A DNA stretch of 64,000 nt from Escherichia coli (GCF_044324875.1 NZ_CP172185.1); one strand, 5' to 3'. Counted from the first letter of the stretch, positions 32,188-42,452 are shown. Notes: a model not told the origin generated them from the sequence alone. A program made the numbers and translations.

Positions 32188-33741
32188 ATGCAAATGATTA
32201 CCTCGCGACAAAACAGATTATTACGATTCCTTTTACCACGAAGGGAATATACGACTATTGTTACGATTGCCGGCTATTTAAATGTTTCGGAAAAAACCAT
32301 TCAACGTGATTTACGTTTACTTGAGCAATGGCTGGAACAATGGCGAATAACCGTTGAGAAGCGTGCTGGCGCAGGTGTGATGTTAGACTCGAAGAATATT
32401 ACTGATTTGCTGCATCTTGATCATTTGTTGGGAGCAGAATGTGAAGAGATTGATGGTGTAATGAATAATGCCAGGCGCGTTAAAATAGCGTCGCAGTTAT
32501 TAATTGAAACACCGAATGAAACGTCGATCAGTAAATTGTCAGAGCGCTATTTTATCAGTGGAGCCTCTATTGTTAATGACCTGAGAGTGATTGAGTCCTG
32601 GCTTGCGCCGTTGGGGTTATCATTGATCCGCAGCCCAAGTGGTACGCATATTGAAGGTAGTGAAGGGCAAGTCCGACAGGCAATGGCATTACTGATTAAC
32701 GGCATTATTAACCATAATGAGCCGCAAGGTGTCGTGTATTCACGTCTGGATCCCGGAAGTTATAAAGCATTAGTCCATTATTTTGGAGAAGAAGAGGTGT
32801 TATTTGTCCAGTCATTGTTACTGGATATGGAAAATGAATTAAGTTGGTCTTTGGGAGAGCCTTATTACGTTAACATTTTTACTCACATCCTTATTATGAT
32901 GTATCGCAACACGCACGGGAATGCGTTATCCAGAGAAGAAGATCAAACCAGGCAATATGATGAAAATATCTTTAATGTTGCCAGTCAGATGATTCATAAG
33001 ATAGAACAACGAATTGCACATACATTGCCCGATGATGAAGTCTGGTTTATTTATCAATATATCATTTCATCAGGTGTGGCGATTGATGGACAAAAAGATG
33101 TTAGCATTATTTCACATATGCAGGCCAGCAATGAAGCGCGTCTGATTACCTGGCGTTTAATTACGGTATTCAGTGACATCGTGGACTGCGATTTTAGTGA
33201 AGACAGCGCATTATATGATGGCTTGTTGGTTCATATTAAGCCGCTGATTAACCGACTAAATTATCGCATTCATATCCGTAATCCATTGCTGGAAGATATT
33301 AAAGCAGAATTAGCGGATGTCTGGCGGTTGACGCAATATGTGGTGAATCAGGTATTTAAAACCTGGGGTGAGAATGCAGTGAGCGAGGATGAAGTAGGTT
33401 ACCTGACCGTTCATTTTCAGGCTGCGATGGAGCGGCAAATTGCCCGTAAACGTGTATTACTGGTCTGTTCAACCGGAATCGGAACTTCGCATCTACTGAA
33501 AAGCCGTATTCTGCGAGCATTTCCTGAATGGACGATTGTTGATGTTATTTCAGCAGCGAATTTATCACAGGTTTTGCCTGACAATATCGAACTGATTATT
33601 TCGACCATTAATTTGCCTACAGTCACTATGCCGGTCGCTTATGTTACCGCTTTTTTTAATGATGCCGATATTAAGCGAGTCACTGAAATGGTGATTACGG
33701 GAAAATTACATCATGCGACATCTCGGGTCGTTGAAATTTAA
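32188..33741 (+). CDS. PRD-domain transcriptional regulator (MtlR/MgA/BglG-type, HTH + PRDs + EIIB-like domain)
   Basis: 517 aa: N-terminal HTH/Mga-like, central PRD region, C-terminal EIIB(Gat)-like segment (VLLVCSTGIGTSHLLK). First gene of the PTS cluster inserted between yicI and yicH. Confidence 0.8.
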   Translation: MQMITSRQNRLLRFLLPRREYTTIVTIAGYLNVSEKTIQRDLRLLEQWLEQWRITVEKRAGAGVMLDSKNITDLLHLDHLLGAECEEIDGVMNNARRVKIASQLLIETPNETSISKLSERYFISGASIVNDLRVIESWLAPLGLSLIRSPSGTHIEGSEGQVRQAMALLINGIINHNEPQGVVYSRLDPGSYKALVHYFGEEEVLFVQSLLLDMENELSWSLGEPYYVNIFTHILIMMYRNTHGNALSREEDQTRQYDENIFNVASQMIHKIEQRIAHTLPDDEVWFIYQYIISSGVAIDGQKDVSIISHMQASNEARLITWRLITVFSDIVDCDFSEDSALYDGLLVHIKPLINRLNYRIHIRNPLLEDIKAELADVWRLTQYVVNQVFKTWGENAVSEDEVGYLTVHFQAAMERQIARKRVLLVCSTGIGTSHLLKSRILRAFPEWTIVDVISAANLSQVLPDNIELIISTINLPTVTMPVAYVTAFFNDADIKRVTEMVITGKLHHATSRVVEI

Positions 33742-33767
33742 TGTCAGAATTTTATGAGGTATGACGA

Positions 33768-34238
33768 ATGGACATAACAAAAATCCTGAATACGAATCGC
33801 GTTATTTTAGATATGCAAGCGACGAATAAAGCGGAGGCGATTGAAGAATTAACTAATCTTCTCAAAAAAGATGGTGCGATCGATTGTCGGGAAACCTTTA
33901 TTAAAGATGTCTGGCAGCGCGAAGCGGAAGGCTCGACTGGTTTTGAAAATCATATTGCGATCCCGCATGGTAAATCTTCTGCGGTAATTAATACCACGCT
34001 GGCTATCGGGCGTACCCGGCAGGATATTCCCTGGGAAACACTGGATGGCAGTAGCGTACGCTGTATTATTTTATTTGCGGTACGTCTTGAAGATCAAAAT
34101 ACCACTCATATCCGTTTACTTTCCCAGGTCGCGGGCGCGCTTGCAGATGATGACATCATAGCGCAATTGCTGGTTGAGACGAGCCCGCAAAAAATCATTG
34201 ATCTCTTTAGTCAGTATGCACAATCCGATGTCTACTAA
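33768..34238 (+). CDS. PTS EIIA, fructose/mannitol (EIIA-2) family
   Basis: 156 aa with the phosphorylatable His in HIAIPHG. Confidence 0.85.
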   Translation: MDITKILNTNRVILDMQATNKAEAIEELTNLLKKDGAIDCRETFIKDVWQREAEGSTGFENHIAIPHGKSSAVINTTLAIGRTRQDIPWETLDGSSVRCIILFAVRLEDQNTTHIRLLSQVAGALADDDIIAQLLVETSPQKIIDLFSQYAQSDVY

Positions 34239-34255
34239 ATAACAGGGAGTATATC

Positions 34256-34570
34256 ATGAATATTGTCTGTGTTGCCGCCTGCACGGCGGGTATTGCTCAC
34301 ACCTATATTGCTCGTGAAAAGTTAATTAAAGGGGCAAAAGCACTGGGCCACACCATTAAAGTTGAAACCCAGGGAACCATTGGTACAGAAAACGAATTAC
34401 AGGCGGCAGAGATCTCTGCTGCTGACGTCGTGATTCTTGCTGTGGATGTGAAAATAAAAGGAGAAGAACGTTTTACCAATAAACGCATTGTGCGAGTAAA
34501 GACAGAGATCGTCATTAAATCGCCCGTTCAATTTCTTGAAAAGGTCGAAAAATCACTGGGAAATAAATGA
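34256..34570 (+). CDS. PTS EIIB, fructose-type
   Basis: 104 aa; N-terminal MNIVCVAACTAGIAHTY carries the EIIB(Fru) Cys site. Confidence 0.85.
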   Translation: MNIVCVAACTAGIAHTYIAREKLIKGAKALGHTIKVETQGTIGTENELQAAEISAADVVILAVDVKIKGEERFTNKRIVRVKTEIVIKSPVQFLEKVEKSLGNK

Positions 34571-34594
34571 TCCTTATACTGGAGGGATCTTAAT

Positions 34595-35686
34595 ATGAAA
34601 GAAAATGAAATTCCGGTTTCACAGGAAATTAAAAAACATTTATTAACCGGCATCTCGTGGATGATACCCCTTATTGTGGCCGCCGGGATATGTATTGCGT
34701 TGGGGCAAGTTCTTGGCGGTACAGATGTTGGTGAAAAAACAGGAACAATCCCGTGGATGCTTAATCAGATTGGCGGCTGGGGAATGGGGCTGATTGTGCC
34801 GCTGATTAGCGCGGCAATTGCCTATTCTATTGCCGATCGTCCCGGATTTGCCCCGGGCCTGATTGTCGGCTTTCTCTGTGGGCAAATCCATACCGGATTT
34901 ATTGGCGGTATGTTGGGTGGTTTCCTGGTGGGCTACACCATTTTGCTACTTAAACGCTATATTCGCCTGCCGCAGTCGATGCAAGGACTCATGCCAATCA
35001 TGGTGTTGCCGGTATTAAGCACCATTATCGGTGGGCTGTTAATGATGACGCTGATTGGTAAACCCATCGCCTGGTTACAAGAAGCACTGATTCATTTGCT
35101 CGAGTCGATGCAGGGCGGATCGCGCTTCCTGATGGGGGCCATACTTGGCGCGATGGCAACCTTCGATTTCGGTGGTCCGGTCAACAAAACCATGTCGCTG
35201 TTTTCCGATGGCTTGCTGGTCAGTGGCGTCTACGGACCAGAAGCCGTGAAATTTGTCGGCTCAATCATCCCTCCGTTTGGCATCACACTTTCGTTCTTAC
35301 TGACACGCCATAAATACACCCGTGCGGAGCGCGAGGCGCTGAAAGCCGCGTTTCCGATGGGGATCTGCATGATCACTGAAGGAGTCATTCCGATCGCCGC
35401 GCGTGACCTGTTGCGAGTAGTGGGATCTTGTGTGGTGGCATCGGCGGTCGCGGGCGGCTTAATCATGGTGTGGGGCGTGGAGAGTCCGGTTCCACATGGC
35501 GGCATGTTTGTTGTGCCTCTGTTCACCCATCCTCTGCTGTTTTGCCTGGCGCTGGGTATAGGCACGGTGATTTGTGGCGTGATGCTTTCACTCTGGAAGA
35601 AACCGGTAACGGAACGCGACGAAGAGTTTGACGAACTGAGCGATCAAAAGCTGAAAGATGAAGAGATCATTTTCACCCTCGAATAA
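34595..35686 (+). CDS. PTS EIIC, fructose-like permease
   Basis: 363 aa polytopic membrane protein, EIIC(Fru)-like. Confidence 0.85.
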   Translation: MKENEIPVSQEIKKHLLTGISWMIPLIVAAGICIALGQVLGGTDVGEKTGTIPWMLNQIGGWGMGLIVPLISAAIAYSIADRPGFAPGLIVGFLCGQIHTGFIGGMLGGFLVGYTILLLKRYIRLPQSMQGLMPIMVLPVLSTIIGGLLMMTLIGKPIAWLQEALIHLLESMQGGSRFLMGAILGAMATFDFGGPVNKTMSLFSDGLLVSGVYGPEAVKFVGSIIPPFGITLSFLLTRHKYTRAEREALKAAFPMGICMITEGVIPIAARDLLRVVGSCVVASAVAGGLIMVWGVESPVPHGGMFVVPLFTHPLLFCLALGIGTVICGVMLSLWKKPVTERDEEFDELSDQKLKDEEIIFTLE

Positions 35687-35697
35687 CCGGAGGCCCT

Positions 35698-36549
35698 ATG
35701 TTTGCCGATATGAAAAGTATGGTGATGAAAGCCTGGCATGAACATTACGCCTTGCTGGCGATCAACTGTATGAATCTGGAAAGTGCTCGCGCAGCTATCC
35801 GCGTGGCGGAGAAGAATCGCGCTCCGATCATTCTCAATCTCTATCAGGGGCATCTGGCGCATTTTCCTGCACCCGTCGCGGCGGCAGTGGTTAAAACGCT
35901 CGCGGAATCTGCCTCAGTACCGGTCACTCTGGCGCTTGATCATGGCAAAAATCCGGACTGTATTCGTCAGGCGTTTCGTGCTGGTTTCAGCGGATTAATG
36001 ATTGATGCTTCTGCTTTTCCCTTGGAGGAAAACGTGCGCCAGACCAAGGCGGTGGTGGAACTCGCCGCCAGCGCGCAGCTCTGCGTTGAAGGCGAACTGG
36101 GCCATCTGGCAGATGCGCCGCGTTACGACCAGGCCGCCAATGCAGACATGATGACGCAACCCACTGATGTGGAAGCGTTTATCGCGCAGACAGGCATTGA
36201 TCTACTGGCCGTTTCGGTAGGCACGGCGCACGGCATGTACGCGCCTGGTGTTGTACCTGCTATTGATTTTCAGCGTCTGGCGGAGATTTTCCACTGCTCG
36301 AGCGTGCCTCTGGCATTACATGGTTGTAGCGGTACGCCGTTCGATCAGCTCCAGCTCTGTACGACTCTGGGGGTAGCAAAAATCAACGTGGGGGCGGCCA
36401 TTTTTGAACGGGGGAAATCCGCGCTCCTGCATACCCTCTGTCACGATATATCCATTGAACTGGTGGACGCGCTGAAAGCTATGGAACTGGCCTTCGAAGA
36501 AGCGATTACACCGTATTTACAGGCGAGCGGCTCTATCGGCAAAGCCTGA
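35698..36549 (+). CDS. Class II ketose-bisphosphate aldolase (FbaA/GatY/KbaY family)
   Basis: 283 aa; the zinc and catalytic residues are retained (LALDHG, EGELG, GTAHGMY, LHGCSG). Confidence 0.8.
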   Translation: MFADMKSMVMKAWHEHYALLAINCMNLESARAAIRVAEKNRAPIILNLYQGHLAHFPAPVAAAVVKTLAESASVPVTLALDHGKNPDCIRQAFRAGFSGLMIDASAFPLEENVRQTKAVVELAASAQLCVEGELGHLADAPRYDQAANADMMTQPTDVEAFIAQTGIDLLAVSVGTAHGMYAPGVVPAIDFQRLAEIFHCSSVPLALHGCSGTPFDQLQLCTTLGVAKINVGAAIFERGKSALLHTLCHDISIELVDALKAMELAFEEAITPYLQASGSIGKA

Positions 36550-36629
36550 TTCATTTTCTGTCATGGCCTTTATGCCAGTGCAATAACGCACCGGCAGGGC
36601 GGACTACACGCTGAAACTGGAGATTTAAC

Positions 36630-37490
36630 ATGTTAGTTTCGATGAAAGAATTACTGCAACCTACCCGCCAGCACGGCTTTGCCATTGGCGCATTTAATGT
36701 GGCGGATAACTGTTTCCTTCGCGCAGTCGTGGATGAAGCAGAAGCGACAAATACTCCGGCGATTATTGCCATCCATCCCAGCGAACATGATTTTGTGGGC
36801 GATGCCTTTTTCGCTCACGTTCGCGAAATTACCCAGCGTAGTCCGGTCCCGTTTGTACTGCACCTCGATCATGGTGCCTCTGTAGAGCATGTTTTGCGTG
36901 CGATTCGCTGCGGATTTACCTCAGTAATGATCGACGGTTCGCTGCTGCCGTATGAAGAAAACGTGGCGCTGACCGCAGAAGTGGTTCGCCTCGCTCACGC
37001 GGTTGGAGTGTCGGTTGAGGGTGAACTGGGAACCATCGGACAAACAGGAACGTCGGTAGAAGGTGGTGTTTCACAAGTGACCTACACAGATCCGGCGCAG
37101 GCCGCCGATTTTATTGCTCGTACAGGTGCCGACACTCTGGCTGTGGCGATTGGTACAGCGCATGGCATCTATCCAAAAGGGATGCAGCCGAAGCTGCAAA
37201 TGGACATTTTGCGCGACATTGCCGGACGTATTGATATTCCGCTGGTGCTACACGGTGGTTCGGCAAACCCGGACGCGGAGATTGCTGAATCAGTTACGCT
37301 CGGCGTCGGCAAAATCAATATCTCCAGCGATATGAAATACGCCTATTTCCAGAAAGTGCGTGAAATTCTCGCTAAAGAGAGCTGGTGGGACCCGAACGTC
37401 ATCTATCCGGATGCGATTAACGCGGCGCGGGAAGTCATTCGCCACAAAATGAAACTGTTCGGTTCGCTCGGTAAAGCATCACTGTACTAA
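36630..37490 (+). CDS. Class II ketose-bisphosphate aldolase, paralogue of the previous gene
   Basis: 286 aa with LHLDHG, EGELG, GTAHGIY, LHGGSA; closer to tagatose-bisphosphate aldolases. Confidence 0.8.
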   Translation: MLVSMKELLQPTRQHGFAIGAFNVADNCFLRAVVDEAEATNTPAIIAIHPSEHDFVGDAFFAHVREITQRSPVPFVLHLDHGASVEHVLRAIRCGFTSVMIDGSLLPYEENVALTAEVVRLAHAVGVSVEGELGTIGQTGTSVEGGVSQVTYTDPAQAADFIARTGADTLAVAIGTAHGIYPKGMQPKLQMDILRDIAGRIDIPLVLHGGSANPDAEIAESVTLGVGKINISSDMKYAYFQKVREILAKESWWDPNVIYPDAINAAREVIRHKMKLFGSLGKASLY

Positions 37491-37537
37491 GCCAGAAGGG
37501 CGGGGTGACCCGCCTTTTACGCAACAAGGAACGAGAT

Positions 37538-38470
37538 ATGCACTATCTGGGGTTGGATATTGGTGGGACCAAAATCGCCGCCGTCGTCATGGATGCGCAT
37601 GGCTGGGAGATTCGCCGTTACCGCTGCCCGACGCAAAAGTCGACATATCAACAATTTGTCTCATGCGTTGTGGCGTTTATCGAGCAGATTAGGCGGGACG
37701 TTCAACGACCGATGCTGACAGGGATCGCCTTACCCGGCAGTATCTCGCCACTCACTGGCCTGATTAAAAACGCGAATATTCAGGTGATTAACGGTCATGC
37801 GTTACAGGCTGATTTGCAGCAATTGCTTGGGCAACCGGTGGTGATAGCCAATGATGGTAACTGTTTCGCGCTATCAGAAGCTTGCGACGGTGCCGGGCAA
37901 GATTATGACGTGGTATTTGGTATTACGCTTGGTACGGGCTGCGGCGGTGGCATTGCCATCAAGCAACGACCGTTTATAGGGGCCTGGGGAAATGCTGCCG
38001 AATGCGGTCATATCACGTTGCCAGGCTATACGGAGCAGGAAGATGGTCCATCAGTCAGTTGCTATTGCGGCAAACACAACTGCGTGGAGTCGTTTGTTTC
38101 CGGCAGCGGTTTTAGTGAACGCTATCAACAGATGACTGGTAACTTGCTCACTCCTGCGGCGATTGTCACCCTGGCACAACGTGGTGATGCTTGTGCCATG
38201 CAGCAGGTGGCACGTTTTCGCCAACAGCTTGCCCGCACGCTGGCAACCATCGTTAACGTTGTTGACCCTGGCGTGATTGTGATCGGCGGCGGGCTTTCGA
38301 ATGTGGAACTGCTTATCACCGCTCTGAACGCAGAAGTTGCTCCACTGGTTTTCACCGATCAATTCACCACTCCCATTGTAAAAGCACAGCACGGCGACAG
38401 TAGCGGAATGCGTGGCGCTGCCTGGCTTGCTATGCGCAACGGAGAAGCCAATGAAACGTTCACAAATTAA
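37538..38470 (+). CDS. ROK-family sugar kinase
   Basis: Likely start MHYLGLDIGGTKIAAV. Carries the ROK zinc motif CYCGKHNCVE. The ORF extends upstream to 37505. Confidence 0.8.
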   Translation: MHYLGLDIGGTKIAAVVMDAHGWEIRRYRCPTQKSTYQQFVSCVVAFIEQIRRDVQRPMLTGIALPGSISPLTGLIKNANIQVINGHALQADLQQLLGQPVVIANDGNCFALSEACDGAGQDYDVVFGITLGTGCGGGIAIKQRPFIGAWGNAAECGHITLPGYTEQEDGPSVSCYCGKHNCVESFVSGSGFSERYQQMTGNLLTPAAIVTLAQRGDACAMQQVARFRQQLARTLATIVNVVDPGVIVIGGGLSNVELLITALNAEVAPLVFTDQFTTPIVKAQHGDSSGMRGAAWLAMRNGEANETFTN

Positions 38471-39131
38471 TTATGTTATTGATAAAGCACATGCCATTGC
38501 GCAGACCTTCCGCGTTTGTTTGCCAGAGTTCGCCTATTTTACGGTGGATGACTGGCTGCAGCGGGAACGGGATAACTGGCAAGAAGTGGTCGACTTACAG
38601 CTCGGTTGGGATATCACCGATTTTGGTCGTGGTGATTTCAACCAAACGGGACTAACACTGCTAACGATGCGCAACGGCGCGCTGGGGGCGGCGGCATATC
38701 CAAAACCGTATGCTGAGAAAATGTTGCAGATCCAACAAGATCAGCAGACTCCCTGGCATTTTCACACCCACAAAATGGAAGATATCCTCAATCGGGGCGG
38801 TGGAGACTTATGCATGCAGTTGGCCTGGGCCAACGAAGCCAATCTCTGTGATGATCAGCGGGTTATTACCGTGAGTGTTGATGGTCAGCGGCGTGCCGTG
38901 AAACCTGGTGAAACGCTGGTGCTAAAGCCGGGGCAGGGCATTTGCCTGCCGCCGCGTCTGTATCATCGCTTCTGGGCGGAAAAAGCGTTTGTTCTCGGCT
39001 GGGAAATTTCGATGGTAAATGATGACCAACATGATAACCATTTTCTTGAGCCGGGAGGACGTTTTCCGGCGATAGAAGAAGATGAACCGGTGAAATGGTT
39101 ATTGTGTAGTGAGTATGCTGTTTTGCGGTAA
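38451..39131 (+). CDS. Cupin-family sugar isomerase (D-lyxose/D-mannose isomerase-like)
   Basis: Start MKRSQINYVIDKAHAI overlaps the ROK kinase 3' end by 20 bp. Contains the TPWHFHTHKMEDILNRGGGDL cupin metal-binding region. Confidence 0.7.
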   Translation: MKRSQINYVIDKAHAIAQTFRVCLPEFAYFTVDDWLQRERDNWQEVVDLQLGWDITDFGRGDFNQTGLTLLTMRNGALGAAAYPKPYAEKMLQIQQDQQTPWHFHTHKMEDILNRGGGDLCMQLAWANEANLCDDQRVITVSVDGQRRAVKPGETLVLKPGQGICLPPRLYHRFWAEKAFVLGWEISMVNDDQHDNHFLEPGGRFPAIEEDEPVKWLLCSEYAVLR

Positions 39132-39173
39132 TAGCGGGGACGCTAACGTTGATATCCGTTAGCGCCCGCGTAT

Positions 39174-40883
39174 TTACTGCACCGGCTCCGTCGATGTAAC
39201 TTCGCCACTGGAAACGACGCCTGCATTCATGGTTTGAGTCACTTGCTGCTTTGTGGCGTTCATGGCATGCAATTGCCCGCTAACCGTAGGTTTCAGCGGG
39301 ATATTGGCCTGAATATCGCCGCTGGCGGTAAGCTGAATATTGCCGTCGCCAGTCAACGGTAATTCAGGCCATCCCCACTGTTGCAAAATATTCACCGGCA
39401 CACCGCGTCCATTCAGGCTGATATGGGTCTGACGTTGTGGCGTTTGTGAAACACTGGCGGTGGCTTCCAGAATGCCTTTTTCAGTAAATGCACTCAGTTC
39501 GCTGATATTCACCGTGCTGCTGTTGGCGGTCAGCGCCAGCGATGGGCGACGAACATCAACACGATTGAATGTCGCGGCGGCGGCATTCAGATTCGCCGAA
39601 CCACTCCAGACGCCCCATTTATGATCGGTAACCAGCGTCAGGTTGGCACCGTAACCATCGAGCGCGGTGAGCTGCCACGGGAAGTCAGGGTCGATATCAA
39701 TGATCAGATTGCGGCTGGCGCTAAATCTCTTCAGTTGCAGGCTGTTTAACCAGCCGGGTGTCGTTTCCATCCACAACTGTTGCCAGTTTTTCGGCAAGGT
39801 ATATTCCAGCCCGGCAATTGCCGCATCATCAAGGATCAACGTTTTCCCGTCACGCAGCCAGTTCCCTGACGTTCTGACCATGCCCCCTTCCCAGCGGCTG
39901 GTGAACTGGCGCAGCGCTACGCCCTGCGGGGAAAATTCCGCGTTTATAATCGGGTCAAATAAATGCAGCGAACCATAAATGAACTCGCTGGCGTTCATCG
40001 ACAGTTTGCCTTCCTGTGTCTGCCAGTCATCTTTACTGAAGGTCATGTTGCGCAAGCTGAGATCGAGGTCGGTCACCGCCCAGTCCGGACCTTGCAGACG
40101 AGCGTCAATGACTTCCAGGCGACCAATCTGCAACGACGGGACAGAGCGTAATGGCGCAAAGAAATCGGTTAGCGATTTTTCGCTTTGTAGACGGATATCC
40201 GCCATGCGCAGGTTTTCCACTTGCCAGCTGCCGTCAGCGTTACGCTGCGCGTTTCCGGTTAATGTCCCGCGGGCGATGTCGGCACCCAGGTTAGTCAGCG
40301 TAACGCGATCGTTATCAATACTGCCTTCAATCAGTACATTGGTGGCAGGAACATCATTGAGCGAAAGCGATCCGGCACTAAACTGAATCTGCGCCTTCGT
40401 ACCCAGCACTTTACCGGCTTCTGGTGACCACGGAACCACGCCGCCATTTACCCGCTGCGCGCTCAGTTTCCATTCGCTATTCGGGCTATTAAACGCCATC
40501 TCACGCAGTTGCAGACGATCGGCTTTGAACGGTAGCGGCGCGGTCTGGTCGGTGAGATTCAGCGTCCCGTTTTCCAGCAGGATGGTATCGACATGGCGTG
40601 GTTCGGTCAGTTGCCGACTGCTTAGCGCAATGTCGACACTTTTTGCCACCAGGGTCGCGGGCTGGCCATCACGGCCAAACGTGACGTTCTCCAGCACGAT
40701 ATGAGATGGCGCGGAAAAACGGTGATCCATCGCCCCGAAGGCCAGATGATAGTCGCTATTCTCGGAAACCCATGCGCTGATATGTTCTGCTCCCCAGCGG
40801 GTTTGCAGAAGAAAATAGAGGCCAGCGATCACCACTAACAGAGCGATGAAAATGTAGAGAAGCAGCTTCCCAATAAATTTCAT
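39174..40883 (-). CDS. yicH: AsmA-family inner-membrane protein
   Basis: Matches K-12 YicH from MKFIGKLLLYI. The ORF extends 8 codons further upstream. Confidence 0.9.
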   Translation of the reverse strand: MKFIGKLLLYIFIALLVVIAGLYFLLQTRWGAEHISAWVSENSDYHLAFGAMDHRFSAPSHIVLENVTFGRDGQPATLVAKSVDIALSSRQLTEPRHVDTILLENGTLNLTDQTAPLPFKADRLQLREMAFNSPNSEWKLSAQRVNGGVVPWSPEAGKVLGTKAQIQFSAGSLSLNDVPATNVLIEGSIDNDRVTLTNLGADIARGTLTGNAQRNADGSWQVENLRMADIRLQSEKSLTDFFAPLRSVPSLQIGRLEVIDARLQGPDWAVTDLDLSLRNMTFSKDDWQTQEGKLSMNASEFIYGSLHLFDPIINAEFSPQGVALRQFTSRWEGGMVRTSGNWLRDGKTLILDDAAIAGLEYTLPKNWQQLWMETTPGWLNSLQLKRFSASRNLIIDIDPDFPWQLTALDGYGANLTLVTDHKWGVWSGSANLNAAAATFNRVDVRRPSLALTANSSTVNISELSAFTEKGILEATASVSQTPQRQTHISLNGRGVPVNILQQWGWPELPLTGDGNIQLTASGDIQANIPLKPTVSGQLHAMNATKQQVTQTMNAGVVSSGEVTSTEPVQ

Positions 40884-41003
40884 GGTCTTCCATCCCGTGA
40901 AATGCACATAAGGGAGTTATGCACGATTTACGCGCAATCCTCAAGGCGGGAATGGTGAAAGAGGTGAGACTGCGGCGGTAATTATCTTACCGCCGCCAGT
41001 GAA

Positions 41004-42395
41004 TTACTGTTTTTCTGGTGGGAAAATCAGATTCAGCACGATGGCAGTAATACCGCCCGCGGCGATCCCGGAGGAGAGCAGGTTTTTCAGCCACTCAGGG
41101 GCAAACTGCAAAATCAGCGGCTGCTGAGAGACGCCCAGACCAACCGCCAGCGACAGCGCGATAATCAGAATCGCCCGACGGTTCAGCGGCTCACGAGACA
41201 CAATGCGCACACCGGAGGCGGCGATGGTGCCAAACATTACAAGTGTTGCGCCGCCCAGAACCGGTTCTGGAATATGTTGTACAAAACCGCTCACTGCCGG
41301 GAACAGACCCAGCACGATCAACATCAGCGCGACGACAAAACCGACATAGCGGCTGGCAACCCCGGTCAACTGGATCACTCCGTTGTTCTGCCCGAAGCAG
41401 GAGTTCGGGAAGGTGTTAAACACCGCCGAAACAAACGAGTTCAGGCCGTTTGCTAGCACGCCGCCTTTCAGGCGTTTCATGTACAGTGGACCGGACACTG
41501 GCTGTTCGGAAACGTCAGAGGTCGCCGTGATATCGCCAATGGTTTCCAGTGAAGTGATCATAAAGACCAGCATCAGCGGCAGCAGCAGACTCCATTCAAT
41601 GCCAAGACCGTAATAGAGCGGCGTTGGCACCATAATCAGTTCTTGCGTCATCGGTTCGTTGCTTTCTGGCAACATGCCCATAAACCACGCCAGCGCATAT
41701 CCGGCCGCCATCGCAATCACCAGTGAGGCCACGCGTAAGTAAGGGTTACGTTGACGGTTAAGCAGGATAATTAAGGCTAAGACCACGCCTGCCAGCAGCA
41801 GATTTTTCGGTGCGCCGAAGGTGTTATCGCTCATGGCTGCGTAACCGCCGCCAATGGATGTTAGCCCCACCTGAATTAGCGACAGGCCGATAATCATCAC
41901 CACAACGCCAGAAACCAGCGGCGTAATAATGCGGCGCGCCAGATGCAGAACGCGGGAGATCACCATCTCGGTGCAACTTGCCAGCATCAACGTGCCGAAC
42001 AAAGCCGCCATCATGGTAGGAACATCAGCACCACCGGTTTTCAGCGCGGTACCGCCCATAATCAGTGGGGCAACAAAGTTGAAGCTGGTGCCCTGAATAG
42101 ACAACAGCCCGGAGCCAACCGGACCCCAGGCCTTAATTTGAATAATCGATGCCACACCGGAGGCAAACAGCGACATACTAATAATGTGTTGCGTGTCTTG
42201 TGCCGGTAAACCCAGCGCCTGGCAGATTAATAGCGCTGGCGTGATCACCGCAACGAACATCGCCAGCAAATGCTGACAGGCGGCAAACAGAGTTTGAGGA
42301 AGCGGCGGACGATCTTCAAGACGGTAAATCAGTTCGCTGTTTTGAGTCTGCGCAACCGGTTGCGCATTTTCTGACTCGAGGGTGGAAACAGACAT
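41004..42395 (-). CDS. xanP: Xanthine permease (NCS2 family)
   Basis: 463 aa from [18 protein letters not shown]; matches K-12 XanP (YicE). Confidence 0.9.
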
Positions 42396-42436
42396 CGAAA
42401 ACAATCCCGTGGTAGCAAAGCGGGCATTTTAGCTGA

Positions 42437-42452
42437 CCGAAAGAGAAAAGCA
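42437..42452. promoter_or_regulatory. PurR-box-like palindrome upstream of xanP
   Basis: aaGCAAACGTTTGCta matches the PurR operator consensus aNGCAAACGTTTNCNT at 15 of 16 positions, ~45 bp upstream of the xanP start. Confidence 0.4.

Noticed and set aside
40961-40986. Hairpin gcggcggtaa ttatc ttaccgccgc between xanP and yicH as a terminator
   Set aside because: Perfect 10-bp stem, but no U-tract on the xanP (minus) side, and it lies upstream of the yicH start. The function is ambiguous, so it was not listed as a feature.
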